NCBI GenBank assembly: GCA_044373875.1
Contig: JBILPK010000002.1
Location: 65-64,064 of the forward strand
Length of the DNA: 64,000 nt
Direction: 5' to 3'
Origin: Polymorphobacter sp.
Lineage (GTDB): Bacteria > Pseudomonadota > Alphaproteobacteria > Sphingomonadales > Sphingomonadaceae
Both the position numbers and the translations under genes were made by a program. Positions 16,266 to 24,255 of the stretch are shown here, in pieces (within the stretch, counting starts at the first letter, position 1; every line of letters begins with the position of its first letter). The notes under the pieces were generated by a model. That model saw only the letters and a list, made by a program, of their open reading frames with translations, made no database searches and was not told where the DNA came from.

Positions 16266-16910
16266 ATGACACAGGACATCCCCCTCGCCGACCTGCGCCC
16301 GCGGCTGGTTGCTGCCATGCTGCCCAATGTGCCCTTCGACGGTTGGACGGCGCTGGCGCGCGATGCCGCCGCCGATGCGGAAGGCATCGATCGCGATATC
16401 GCCGCGATGGCACTGCCCGATGCCGCGGCGATGGTCGATGCCTATATCGCCCATGCCGATACGCTGATGGTCGCGGCGATGGGCGACGTGACCGGCCTGA
16501 AGATCCGCGATCGCATCCGGCTGGCGCTGCGCAGCCGGTTCGAAGCCGCCGGCCCCGATCGCGAGGCGGTGCGCCGCGCGCTCGCCGTGCTGGCACAGCC
16601 ACAGCACGCCGGGCTGGCGGCGCGCAGCCTGTGGCGCACCGCCGATACGATGTGGCGCGCGGCGGGCGATACCGCGACCGATTTCAACCATTATTCCAAG
16701 CGCGCCATCCTGGGCGCGGTCTATTCGGCCAGCCTGCTCTACTGGCTCGACGACGACAGCGAGGACCAGGCCGCGACCCGGGACTTCATCGACCGCCGCA
16801 TCGATGGCATCATGAATTTCGAAAAGACCAAGGCGAGCGCGAAGCAGGCGCTGACGTGGGTGCCCAACCCGGCGCGGTTTCTCGGGCGGTTGCGCTATCC
16901 GGCGGTGTGA
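16266..16910 (+). CDS. COQ9-family protein (RpsU-divergently-transcribed-protein family)
   Basis: The family pattern is recognisable in ...MLPNVPFDGWTALA...YIAHADTLM...KIRDRIRLALRSRFEA...DFNHYSKRAILGAVYSASLLYWLDDDSE...TRDFIDRRIDGIMNFEK. Confidence 0.8.
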   Translation: MTQDIPLADLRPRLVAAMLPNVPFDGWTALARDAAADAEGIDRDIAAMALPDAAAMVDAYIAHADTLMVAAMGDVTGLKIRDRIRLALRSRFEAAGPDREAVRRALAVLAQPQHAGLAARSLWRTADTMWRAAGDTATDFNHYSKRAILGAVYSASLLYWLDDDSEDQAATRDFIDRRIDGIMNFEKTKASAKQALTWVPNPARFLGRLRYPAV

Positions 16911-16919
16911 TTGTTCCTA

Positions 16920-16944
16920 CTCCCCTCCCTGCAAGGGAGGGGAG
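16920..16944. terminator. CTCCCC/GGGGAG-type GC hairpin downstream of the COQ9-family gene
   Basis: ctcccctccc-tgcaa-gggaggggag is a 10-bp perfect stem 10 nt after the stop. A purine-rich run follows rather than a U-tract. Confidence 0.4.
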
Positions 16945-16990
16945 AAGAAAAGGGGAAGGAAGGTTACACACTGGCGCTCCGTCACCCGTC

Positions 16991-17005
16991 ATGATAACCA
17001 TTCGC
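16991..17005. promoter_or_regulatory. Candidate Fur box upstream of feoAB
   Basis: ATGATAACCATTCGC matches the Fur core ATGATAATCATTATC at 12/15 positions. It lies 30 nt upstream of the feoA ATG. Confidence 0.45.
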
Positions 17006-17034
17006 AACAACACCGCGAAAGTGCGCCGTACACC

Positions 17035-17301
17035 ATGTCCAGCCCCCGCCTGATCGAGCGCCTGTCGCGCGGGGAGATCGCGACCATCGCGGCGATCGAT
17101 CGCGCCGGGCTCGACCCCGAAACCGCGCAGCGGCTGCACGAACTCGGGTTCGACGAAGGCGTCGATGTCGAACTGCTCCACCGCGCGCCCTTTGGCGGCG
17201 ATCCGCTGGCGGTGCGGGTCGGCAACATGGTCGTGGCGCTGCGCCTGTCGATGGCGCGGCTGATCGAAATCGCCCCGCCAGAAGCGAAAACCGGGGCATA
17301 G
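17035..17301 (+). CDS. feoA: Ferrous iron transport protein A
   Basis: LSRGEIATIAAIDRAG..ETAQRLHELGFDEGVDVELLHRAPFGGDPLAVRVGNMVVALRLSMARLIEI. It lies immediately upstream of feoB. Confidence 0.9.
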   Translation: MSSPRLIERLSRGEIATIAAIDRAGLDPETAQRLHELGFDEGVDVELLHRAPFGGDPLAVRVGNMVVALRLSMARLIEIAPPEAKTGA

Positions 17302-17302
17302 G

Positions 17303-19156
17303 GTGAACGCCCCCGTCACCAACCCGGTCGTCGCGCTCGTCGGCAATCCCAATGCCGGCAAGACCAGCCTGTTCAATGCCTTGACCGGCAGCCGCCAGAA
17401 GGTCGGCAATTATCCGGGCGTCACCGTCGAACGCAAGGCCGGGCGCCTGGCGCTGCCCGATGGCCGCACCGCCGAACTGATCGACCTGCCCGGCACCTAC
17501 AGCCTGACGCCGCGCTCTCCCGACGAAGCCGTCACCCGCGATTTCGTGCTCGGGCATCTCAGCGGTGAAAAGCGCCTCGATGCGATCGTCGCGGTCATCG
17601 ATGCCACCAATTTGCGCAACCATCTGCGCTTCGTTCTCGAACTGCGCCGGCTCGGCCTGCCGATGCTGGTGGCGCTCAACATGGTCGACCTCGCCGAGCG
17701 CGACGGCACCCGCTTCGATACCGAACGGCTGGCGAGCATCCTCGGCTTGCCGGTCATTGCCACGGTGGCGGTGCGGCGGCGCGGGCTGGCCGAACTCGGC
17801 GCCGGGCTGGCAGCGCTGCTGCGCGGCGAAACGCCGGCGGTCGCGGTGTCCCCCGACAGCGACATAACCCTGCTGCAGCGCGAGGCACGGACGATCGCCA
17901 ATGCCGTGACGCTGGCGCAGGGCGCGCAGCGGCGCTGGTCGCAACGCCTCGATGGCATCACGCTGCATCCGGTGGCGGGGCCGTTGCTGCTTGCCGGGCT
18001 GCTGTTCTTCATGTTCCAGGCGGTGTTTGCCGGCGCCGAAGCGCCGATGGCGTGGCTCGCCGGGCTGGTCTCGGGTGCCCAGGCGGCGCTGTCCGACGCG
18101 CTGCCGGCCGGCGCCTTGCGCTCGCTGCTCGTCGATGGCGTGCTCGGCGGGGTGGGGGCGGTCATCGTCTTCCTGCCGCAGATCCTCATCCTGTTCTTCT
18201 TCATCCTGGTGCTCGAACAATCGGGCTACATGGTGCGCGCGGCGTTCCTGATGGACCGGTTGATGGCGCGCGTCGGGCTGAATGGCCGGGCGTTCATCCC
18301 GCTGATTTCCAGCTTTGCCTGTGCGGTGCCGGGCATCATGGCGACGCGGACGATCGATTCGCCCAAGGACCGCCTGACCACCATCCTGATCGCGCCGCTG
18401 ATGACCTGTTCGGCGCGGCTGCCGGTCTATGCCGTCGTCATCGGTGCTTTCATCCCGGCGACGAACGTCGGACCGTTCGGCCTGCAGGGGTTGGTGCTGT
18501 TCGGCCTCTATATCGCCGGCGTCGTCGGCGCGCTCGTCGCCGCCTGGGCGCTGCGCCGCACGGTGACGAAGGGGCCGAGCCCGACCTTCCTGATGGAAAT
18601 GCCCAAATATCAATGGCCGGCGCCGCGCGACATCGGCATCGGGCTGTACCAGCGCGGGCTGGCGTTCGTGCAGCGCGCCGGCGGCATCATCCTCATTTCC
18701 ACCGTCGTGCTCTGGGCGCTGGCGACCTGGCCCAAGCCGCCGGCGGACTGGGATCGGCCGCCGTTGGAATACAGCGCGGCCGGCCGCATCGGCGCCGCGC
18801 TCGAACCGATCTTCCGCCCGATCGGCTTCAACAAGGAAATCGCGCTGGCGCTGGTCCCCGGCATGGCGGCGCGCGAGGTCGCGGTGTCGGCGCTGGGCAC
18901 CGTCTATTCGCTGCAAGGCGTCGACGAGGACCATGCCGAAGGCCTGATCGACCGGCTGCGCGGCACCTGGAGCCTGCCGACCGCGCTGGCGTTCCTCGCC
19001 TGGTTCGTCTTTGCGCCGCAGTGCATCTCGACGCTGGCGGTGACCAGGCGCGAAACCGGCGGCTGGCGCTGGCCGGCGTTCATGTTCGCCTATCTGTTCG
19101 CGGCGGCGTATGCGGCGGCGGGGATCACCTACTGGACGGCGGTGGCGCTGCTTTGA
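17303..19156 (+). CDS. feoB: Ferrous iron transporter B
   Basis: GTG start 2 nt after the feoA stop. G-domain: VALVGNPNAGKTSLFNALTG, DLPGTYSL, ALNMVD. A polytopic permease domain follows. Confidence 0.95.
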   Translation: MNAPVTNPVVALVGNPNAGKTSLFNALTGSRQKVGNYPGVTVERKAGRLALPDGRTAELIDLPGTYSLTPRSPDEAVTRDFVLGHLSGEKRLDAIVAVIDATNLRNHLRFVLELRRLGLPMLVALNMVDLAERDGTRFDTERLASILGLPVIATVAVRRRGLAELGAGLAALLRGETPAVAVSPDSDITLLQREARTIANAVTLAQGAQRRWSQRLDGITLHPVAGPLLLAGLLFFMFQAVFAGAEAPMAWLAGLVSGAQAALSDALPAGALRSLLVDGVLGGVGAVIVFLPQILILFFFILVLEQSGYMVRAAFLMDRLMARVGLNGRAFIPLISSFACAVPGIMATRTIDSPKDRLTTILIAPLMTCSARLPVYAVVIGAFIPATNVGPFGLQGLVLFGLYIAGVVGALVAAWALRRTVTKGPSPTFLMEMPKYQWPAPRDIGIGLYQRGLAFVQRAGGIILISTVVLWALATWPKPPADWDRPPLEYSAAGRIGAALEPIFRPIGFNKEIALALVPGMAAREVAVSALGTVYSLQGVDEDHAEGLIDRLRGTWSLPTALAFLAWFVFAPQCISTLAVTRRETGGWRWPAFMFAYLFAAAYAAAGITYWTAVALL

Positions 19157-19158
19157 AC

Positions 19159-19181
19159 GCCCTCCCCCCGGTGGGGAGGGC
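19159..19181. terminator. GC hairpin between convergent feoB and gluQ
   Basis: gccctcccc-ccggt-ggggagggc is a 9-bp perfect stem 3 nt after the feoB stop. Confidence 0.45.
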
Positions 19182-19191
19182 GTGGGCTTGC

Positions 19192-20013
19192 TCAGTTTGT
19201 CAGCAGTTTTTCCCGCAATTCCGCCGGGTCCACACCCCCGGCGCGCAGCGCCGCCAGCGTCGCATCCTTGTCGCGCTTGGCCAGCCGACGGCCATCGGGC
19301 GCCAGGATCAGCCGGTGGTGGCAATAGCCCGTCTCGGGCAGGCCGAGCAGTTCCTGCAACAGCCGCTGGACATGGCTGGCGGCGAACAGATCGACGCCGC
19401 GCACCACTTCGGTCACCCCTTGCGCCGCATCGTCGATCACCACGGCAAGGTGATAGCTCACCCCCAGGTCCTTGCGGGCGATGACGATATCGCCGCCCGC
19501 CAGCGGATCGGAGGCCACCCGCCCGGCATCGGCATCGGTCCAGCCGAGCCGCCCGGTCTGCGCCAGCGCGGCACCGACATCGAGCCGCCAGGCAAAAGCG
19601 TCGCGCGCCATGCGCTCGGCACGCGCCCCGGCGGACAGATGCCGGCACGTGCCGGTATAGATCGGCCCGTCGTGGCCGTGCGGCGCGGTGGCCGCCGCGG
19701 CGATATCCGCCCGCGAGCAGAAACACGGGTAGAGCAGTCCGCGCCCGCGCAACCGCGTCACCGCCCCGGCATAGGCTGCCAGCCGCTGCGACTGGCGCAG
19801 CACCGGGCCATCCCAATCGATCCCCAGCCAGCCGAGATCGGCGAGGATGGCGGCGTCGAATTCGGGGCGGCAGCGCGTGCTGTCGATATCCTCCATGCGC
19901 AGGCGGAAGGCCCCGCCGCGCGCCCGGGCGCGCTGCCAGCCGGTCAGCGCCGAAAACGCATTGCCGATGTGCAGCAAGCCGGTCGGGGAGGGGGCAAAGC
20001 GCGTCGTGTACAT
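19192..20013 (-). CDS. gluQ: tRNA glutamyl-Q(34) synthetase (GluRS paralog lacking the anticodon-binding domain)
   Basis: MYTTRFAPSPTGLLHIGNAFSALTGWQRARARGGAFRLRMEDID...GDIVIARKD...YHLAVVIDDAAQGVTEVVRGVDL...LAKRDK. Length is about 273 aa. Start set at ATG 20013. Confidence 0.9.
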   Translation of the reverse strand: MYTTRFAPSPTGLLHIGNAFSALTGWQRARARGGAFRLRMEDIDSTRCRPEFDAAILADLGWLGIDWDGPVLRQSQRLAAYAGAVTRLRGRGLLYPCFCSRADIAAAATAPHGHDGPIYTGTCRHLSAGARAERMARDAFAWRLDVGAALAQTGRLGWTDADAGRVASDPLAGGDIVIARKDLGVSYHLAVVIDDAAQGVTEVVRGVDLFAASHVQRLLQELLGLPETGYCHHRLILAPDGRRLAKRDKDATLAALRAGGVDPAELREKLLTN

Positions 20014-20244
20014 GACGCCCCAGCATAGCCACAGCCGCCGGCCTTGCGAAAGATGCGAGGGTGGATCTTCCAAATCTCGGTGTTGTCACTTGCCTGACAC
20101 ACAATCTGTTGTATTGATCCACCACCACGGATCGGCCGTTTCCAGCAACGGCCTTGGGGTGCCGGGCCTTGCGGGGCCTTGCACCCGTGCGACGGGGCCG
20201 GTGGTCGGAGCAGGCTTTTCCTTGCGAGGGAAAGGGCGCGCTTT

Positions 20245-20811
20245 ATGTATCACCCCGATATCCTGTCGCCGCCGGATGCCTGCCCGGCGCTGGTGCTCAA
20301 CGCCGATTATACGCCGCTATCCTATTATCCGCTGTCGATCTGGCCTTGGCAGACGGCGATCAAGGCGGCGTTTCTGGAACGCGTCGACATCATCGCCGAA
20401 TATGACCGGGTGATCCGGTCACCGTCGTTCGAGATGCGGCTGCCCTCAGTGATCGCGCTGCGCCAATATGTGCGGCCAGCCAGCCACCCGGCGTTCACGC
20501 GCTTCAACCTGTTCCTGCGCGATCGTTTCCAGTGCCAATATTGCGGCGCCGGGCATGATCTGACCTTCGATCATGTCGTGCCGCGCGCCTATGGCGGGCG
20601 GACGACCTGGGAAAATGTCACCACTGCCTGCGCGCCGTGCAATCTCAAAAAGGGTGGCCGCACCCCGGCAGAAGCGCATATGGCGCTGCGCCAGCGGCCG
20701 TTCCAGCCGGCGACGATGCAGTTGCAGGAAAACGGCCGGGCGTTTCCGCCGCATTACCTGCATTCGACATGGCGCGATTATCTGTATTGGGACAGCGAGC
20801 TGCTGGCCTGA
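20245..20811 (+). CDS. HNH endonuclease-family protein
   Basis: RDRFQCQYCGAGHDLTFDHVVPRAYGGRTTWENVTTACAPCNLKKGGRTP carries the CxxC...H-N-H...CxxC Zn-finger HNH motif. Start set at ATG 20245. Confidence 0.85.
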   Translation: MYHPDILSPPDACPALVLNADYTPLSYYPLSIWPWQTAIKAAFLERVDIIAEYDRVIRSPSFEMRLPSVIALRQYVRPASHPAFTRFNLFLRDRFQCQYCGAGHDLTFDHVVPRAYGGRTTWENVTTACAPCNLKKGGRTPAEAHMALRQRPFQPATMQLQENGRAFPPHYLHSTWRDYLYWDSELLA

Positions 20812-20813
20812 GG

Positions 20814-20829
20814 CGGGCGGCGCCGCCCG
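20814..20829. terminator. 16-bp GC palindrome between convergent genes
   Basis: cgggcggc/gccgcccg is a perfect palindrome located between the HNH stop (20811) and the cysG-like stop (20832). Confidence 0.3.
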
Positions 20830-20831
20830 GT

Positions 20832-21611
20832 TCAGCAGGGCGCCCGCAACACGATCGTCAACCCTTCGGGGGCATCGGCCAGGCCGGTCAGCCGCACCGC
20901 GTCGCGCCGCGCCCGGTCGATCACCGTCGCCGGCACGTCGCCTTCGACCAGCAAGGCATCGCAGCGCCCGAGCGCGGCCAATTGGTTGAGCGTCAACTCG
21001 CCCGGATCTGCGCTCGTCACGTCGATGGTCCGCACTTCGGTCACTGCGTCCGACACCCCGGCGATCGCTGCTGCCACCGCGCCTTGCGGGTCCGCCAGCG
21101 GGCGCAGCGGATCGAGCGCGCCGCCTTCGGCCAGCGCGCGTTCCCACAAACGCCGCCGGTCGGCGACCCCGGGGTGGGCCGCGCTCGCGGCGCCCCGCGC
21201 CGCACTGATCGCCCGCGCCAGCCCGCCGAGCGACGCCGGCAGCAGCGCCTCCAGCCGGCCGCGCAGGGCGCGCGACAGGCTGGCGGTGGCGCCGCCGCTG
21301 GAAATGGCGATCTGCACCGGCGACCGGTCGATGATCGCGCCCATCAGGAAATCGCTCATCGCCGGACGATCGACGACGTTGACGAGCAGGCCGCGCGCCC
21401 GCAACCGCGCCGCCGCCTCTGCCGCCGCGCCGGCATCATCGGCGGCGACAAAGGCCAGCACGGCATCGGGCGCGCTGTCATCGACGACGATGCCGCCCGC
21501 CGCGACAACCAGCCGCGCCTTGGCGGCGGCGGCTTCGGCGGCATCGGGCCCGAGCGCGAGCACGATCACCGGGCGCCCGGCGAGGGAAAGGAACAGCGGC
21601 AGGGTATCCAT
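20832..21611 (-). CDS. Siroheme-synthase-like protein: precorrin-2 dehydrogenase/ferrochelatase (CysG N-terminal, Met8-like) domain plus a short degenerate remnant of the methyltransferase N-terminus
   Basis: MDTLPLFLSLAGRPVIVLALGPDAA...GLLVNVVDRPAMSDFLMGAIIDRSPVQIAISSGGATASLSRALRGRLEALLP. The tail VTSADPGELTLNQLAALGRCDALLVEGDV resembles GAGPGDPELLTLKA...ADVVLYD. The protein ends about 60 aa into that domain. Only the 3' third of the tracked 731-aa ORF is used. Confidence 0.65.
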   Translation of the reverse strand: MDTLPLFLSLAGRPVIVLALGPDAAEAAAAKARLVVAAGGIVVDDSAPDAVLAFVAADDAGAAAEAAARLRARGLLVNVVDRPAMSDFLMGAIIDRSPVQIAISSGGATASLSRALRGRLEALLPASLGGLARAISAARGAASAAHPGVADRRRLWERALAEGGALDPLRPLADPQGAVAAAIAGVSDAVTEVRTIDVTSADPGELTLNQLAALGRCDALLVEGDVPATVIDRARRDAVRLTGLADAPEGLTIVLRAPC

Positions 21612-21806
21612 GCCCCCAGATGCCAAGTCGGGGGCTGGATGGAAAGCCCCGGCCGCACCCGGCGCGGTGTCGCACCGCCGCCGCACGCTGGCGAAAGCCC
21701 CCAATCGGGCTTCACCAACTTTCGGCGTAATGGCGCCGGCGGCATCGCCGTTGTTGGGGCTGACGCAGCCATAGTGGCGGCTTGTCCCAGTAGCGGAGCG
21801 TGAAGC

Positions 21807-23015
21807 ATGACGACAACGACAGTGACCAGTTCGGCCCAATTGCTGCGTGTGCTGCGCACGGCAATCGGTGGTGAAACCATCCTGCTGGCGCCGGGCAATT
21901 ACGGCGATGTATCCCTGTCGAGCGTGCGGCCCGGTAGCCGGGTGACCATCCGTTCGGCCGATCCCGACAATGATGCGGTGTTCGAATCGCTCAAGCTGAC
22001 CCGGGTCGCCAATATCCTGTTCGAGGATGTCGATGTCCGCCACGCCCTCAAGCCCGGTGAACGCGACAGCGCGGCGGCGGTGCTCGTCAACCTGTCGAAC
22101 GATGTCAGCTTTGTCGGGCTCGATCTCGAAGGCTCGGTCAACGGCACCCCCTTCGACGATGGCAATGGCCTGGTCGTCACCAACAGCACGCGCGTTGCCG
22201 TGCTCGATTCGACCTTCCGCGAATTCAACAATGCCGCCGGCTTCAGCCGGTCGAGCGATGTCATCTTCGCCGGCAACGATGTTCGCGATTCGCGCGAAGG
22301 GGTCAACATCACCACGCTCGATGGCGGCCTGTTCGAACGCAACTTCGTCACCGGCATCCGCCCCGACATCAGCAAGCTCGATCATTCCGATGCCTTCCAG
22401 GTCCATGCCGGCGGCGCCAACGGCGTCAGCAACGATCTGGTGTTCAACGGCAACGTCATCATGGGCGACAATGCCCAGGGCATCTTCATCCGCAGCGAAA
22501 AGGCACATACGCTGGGGCTGAACCACAGCAACATCGTCATCACCAACAATTATGTCGAAGCCATTCTGCGCAACGCCATCGCCATTTCCGATGCCGATGG
22601 CGTGATCGTTGCCAACAACACGATCCGCGATGCCGATGGCCCGGGCATCATCGCCGGCATCGCGCTCAGCAACCTGTCGGACGCGGTGATTGCGCGCAAT
22701 ATCGTGCCGCTGTTCGATATCCGCGCCGGTGCCGCCAATGTCAGCACCAACATCGCCTTCACCGACAATATCCTGGTCTGGAACGACAAGACCAAGCGCA
22801 GCATCAGCGAGGCGAGCCTGTTCGACGCGCCCGTCGGCACCGGCGATCTCGATTTTTCGGCGCTCGGCGTGCGCAGCGGAAGCGTGGCCGACAGCGCCGG
22901 CGCGGGCTTTCGGGCCGTTGCCGGCATCGGCAATCTGGCGGGCAGCGCCGGCGCGCAACTCGCCAGCTATGTGCCGCAGTTCGATGGCCAGTTCGCTGCG
23001 GCCTATCCGCTGTAA
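21807..23015 (+). CDS. Right-handed parallel beta-helix repeat protein (polysaccharide lyase/epimerase-like)
   Basis: Periodic approximately 22-25-aa coils: NILFEDVDV, NDVSFVGLDLEG, STRVAVLDSTFREF, SDVIFAGNDVRDS, GLFERNFVTG, NDLVFNGNVIMG, SNIVITNNYVE, DGVIVANNTIRD, SDAVIARNIV, TNIAFTDNILV. No N-terminal signal peptide. Confidence 0.8.
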   Translation: MTTTTVTSSAQLLRVLRTAIGGETILLAPGNYGDVSLSSVRPGSRVTIRSADPDNDAVFESLKLTRVANILFEDVDVRHALKPGERDSAAAVLVNLSNDVSFVGLDLEGSVNGTPFDDGNGLVVTNSTRVAVLDSTFREFNNAAGFSRSSDVIFAGNDVRDSREGVNITTLDGGLFERNFVTGIRPDISKLDHSDAFQVHAGGANGVSNDLVFNGNVIMGDNAQGIFIRSEKAHTLGLNHSNIVITNNYVEAILRNAIAISDADGVIVANNTIRDADGPGIIAGIALSNLSDAVIARNIVPLFDIRAGAANVSTNIAFTDNILVWNDKTKRSISEASLFDAPVGTGDLDFSALGVRSGSVADSAGAGFRAVAGIGNLAGSAGAQLASYVPQFDGQFAAAYPL

Positions 23016-23030
23016 CCCCGGGGTCACGGC

Positions 23031-23101
23031 GGGTGCCCCGCTTCCCCGGGGGCACCCTGTCGTTGCTGCCGCCGCCGCGCTTCCCCCTCGCGCGGCGGCG
23101 G
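23031..23101 (+). terminator. Two tandem GC hairpins downstream of the beta-helix gene
   Basis: gggtgcccc-gcttccccg-ggggcaccc (23031-23057, 9-bp stem) and ccgccgccgcgc-ttccccctc-gcgcggcggcgg (23069-23101, 12-bp stem). The second is followed by atctgcgttta. Confidence 0.4.
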
Positions 23102-23150
23102 ATCTGCGTTTATAGCGGCAGTGGCGACGGGCGCCCGGGGGTTGCTGGAC

Positions 23151-24248
23151 ATGCGCGTGATGCTAATCGCCGGAGTGCTGGGCCTGATGTCGACGATCGC
23201 TGCTGCCGCACCTGCGCCGAAACCCGGGACAAAGGCGATGCCGCGCTCGGGTGCCGTGCTGGCACCGCCGGCGCCGCCGATCATCATCGCCCACCGCGGT
23301 GCCAGTGCCGACCGGCCCGAACACACCCTCGCCAGCTATGCGCTGGCCATCGAACAGGGCGCCGATTTCATCGAACCCGATCTGGTGGCGACCAGGGACG
23401 GCCAGCTCGTTGCCCGCCACGAAAACGAGATTTCGGGCACCACCGATGTCGCCAGCCACCCCGAGTTCGCGGCGCGCGAGACGACAAAAACCATCGACGG
23501 CGAACGCTTCACCGGCTGGTTCACCGAAGATTTCACCCTTGCCGAATTGCAGACGCTGTTTGCCCGCGAACGCCTGCCGCAATTGCGCCCGGCCAATACC
23601 GCCTTCGATGGCCGTGAACGCATCCCGACGCTCGACCAGATCATCGCGCTGGCCAAATCGGCGACGGCGCGTACCGGGCGGACGATCGGCATCTACCCCG
23701 AAACCAAGCACCCGAGCTACTTCCGCCAGGCCGGGCTGCCGCTCGAACCGCCGCTGCTGGCAGCGCTCAAGGCCGCCGGCTGGACGACAGCGGCGGCACC
23801 GGTGTTCATCCAGTCGTTCGAGGTGCAGAACCTCAAGGACTTGCGCAGCCAGACGGGCGTGCGGCTGATCCAGCTGATCGCCGATGGCGTGTCGGGTGAC
23901 GGCGTGGCCTATGACTCGCTGGTCACGCCCGCCGGGCTGCAAGCGGTGGCCGCCTATGCCGCCGGCATCGGCCCGGCGCGCGAACGCATCATCCCGCGCG
24001 ATGGCAAGGGTGTGCTTGGCGCCCCGACCACGCTGGTCGCCGATGCCCATGCCGCCGGGTTGCAGGTCCACCCCTGGACCTTCCGGCCGGAAAATTTCTT
24101 CCTCGGCCAGCCCTGGCGCCGCGGCAGCGACCCGCAAGCGCGCGGCGATGCCGCGGGCGAAATCCGCCACTATCTCGAAACCGGGATCGACGGGGTGTTC
24201 AGCGATTCGCCGGCAGCGGTCGTCGCGGCGCTCGGCAGGGCCGAATAG
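23151..24248 (+). CDS. glpQ: Periplasmic glycerophosphodiester phosphodiesterase
   Basis: Signal peptide MRVMLIAGVLGLMSTIAAAAPAP. Catalytic motifs: IIIAHRGASADRPEHTLASYALAIEQGADFIEPDLVATRDGQLVARHENEISGTTDV. The tracked ORF starts at GTG 23121. ATG 23151 gives a cleaner signal peptide. Confidence 0.9.
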   Translation: MRVMLIAGVLGLMSTIAAAAPAPKPGTKAMPRSGAVLAPPAPPIIIAHRGASADRPEHTLASYALAIEQGADFIEPDLVATRDGQLVARHENEISGTTDVASHPEFAARETTKTIDGERFTGWFTEDFTLAELQTLFARERLPQLRPANTAFDGRERIPTLDQIIALAKSATARTGRTIGIYPETKHPSYFRQAGLPLEPPLLAALKAAGWTTAAAPVFIQSFEVQNLKDLRSQTGVRLIQLIADGVSGDGVAYDSLVTPAGLQAVAAYAAGIGPARERIIPRDGKGVLGAPTTLVADAHAAGLQVHPWTFRPENFFLGQPWRRGSDPQARGDAAGEIRHYLETGIDGVFSDSPAAVVAALGRAE

Positions 24249-24255
24249 CGGCGCT

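Noticed and set aside
16982-20128. 1048-aa minus-strand ORF spanning feoA, feoB and gluQ
   Set aside because: Opposite feoAB it is Arg/Pro/Gly-rich nonsense. The gluQ gene itself is read in a different frame (ORF 19192-20073), so this ORF contributes no real coding sequence.
20245-20811. HNH endonuclease as part of a defence island or mobile element
   Set aside because: This is a stand-alone gene among housekeeping genes (gluQ, cysG-like). There is no adjacent methylase, ATPase, integrase, flanking repeats or compositional shift, so it is probably a conserved chromosomal HNH-family protein.
21612-23027. N-terminal two-thirds of the 731-aa minus-strand ORF 20832-23027
   Set aside because: This part is antisense to the well-structured beta-helix gene and has no motifs. 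The siroheme-synthase-like domain begins cleanly at the internal ATG 21611.
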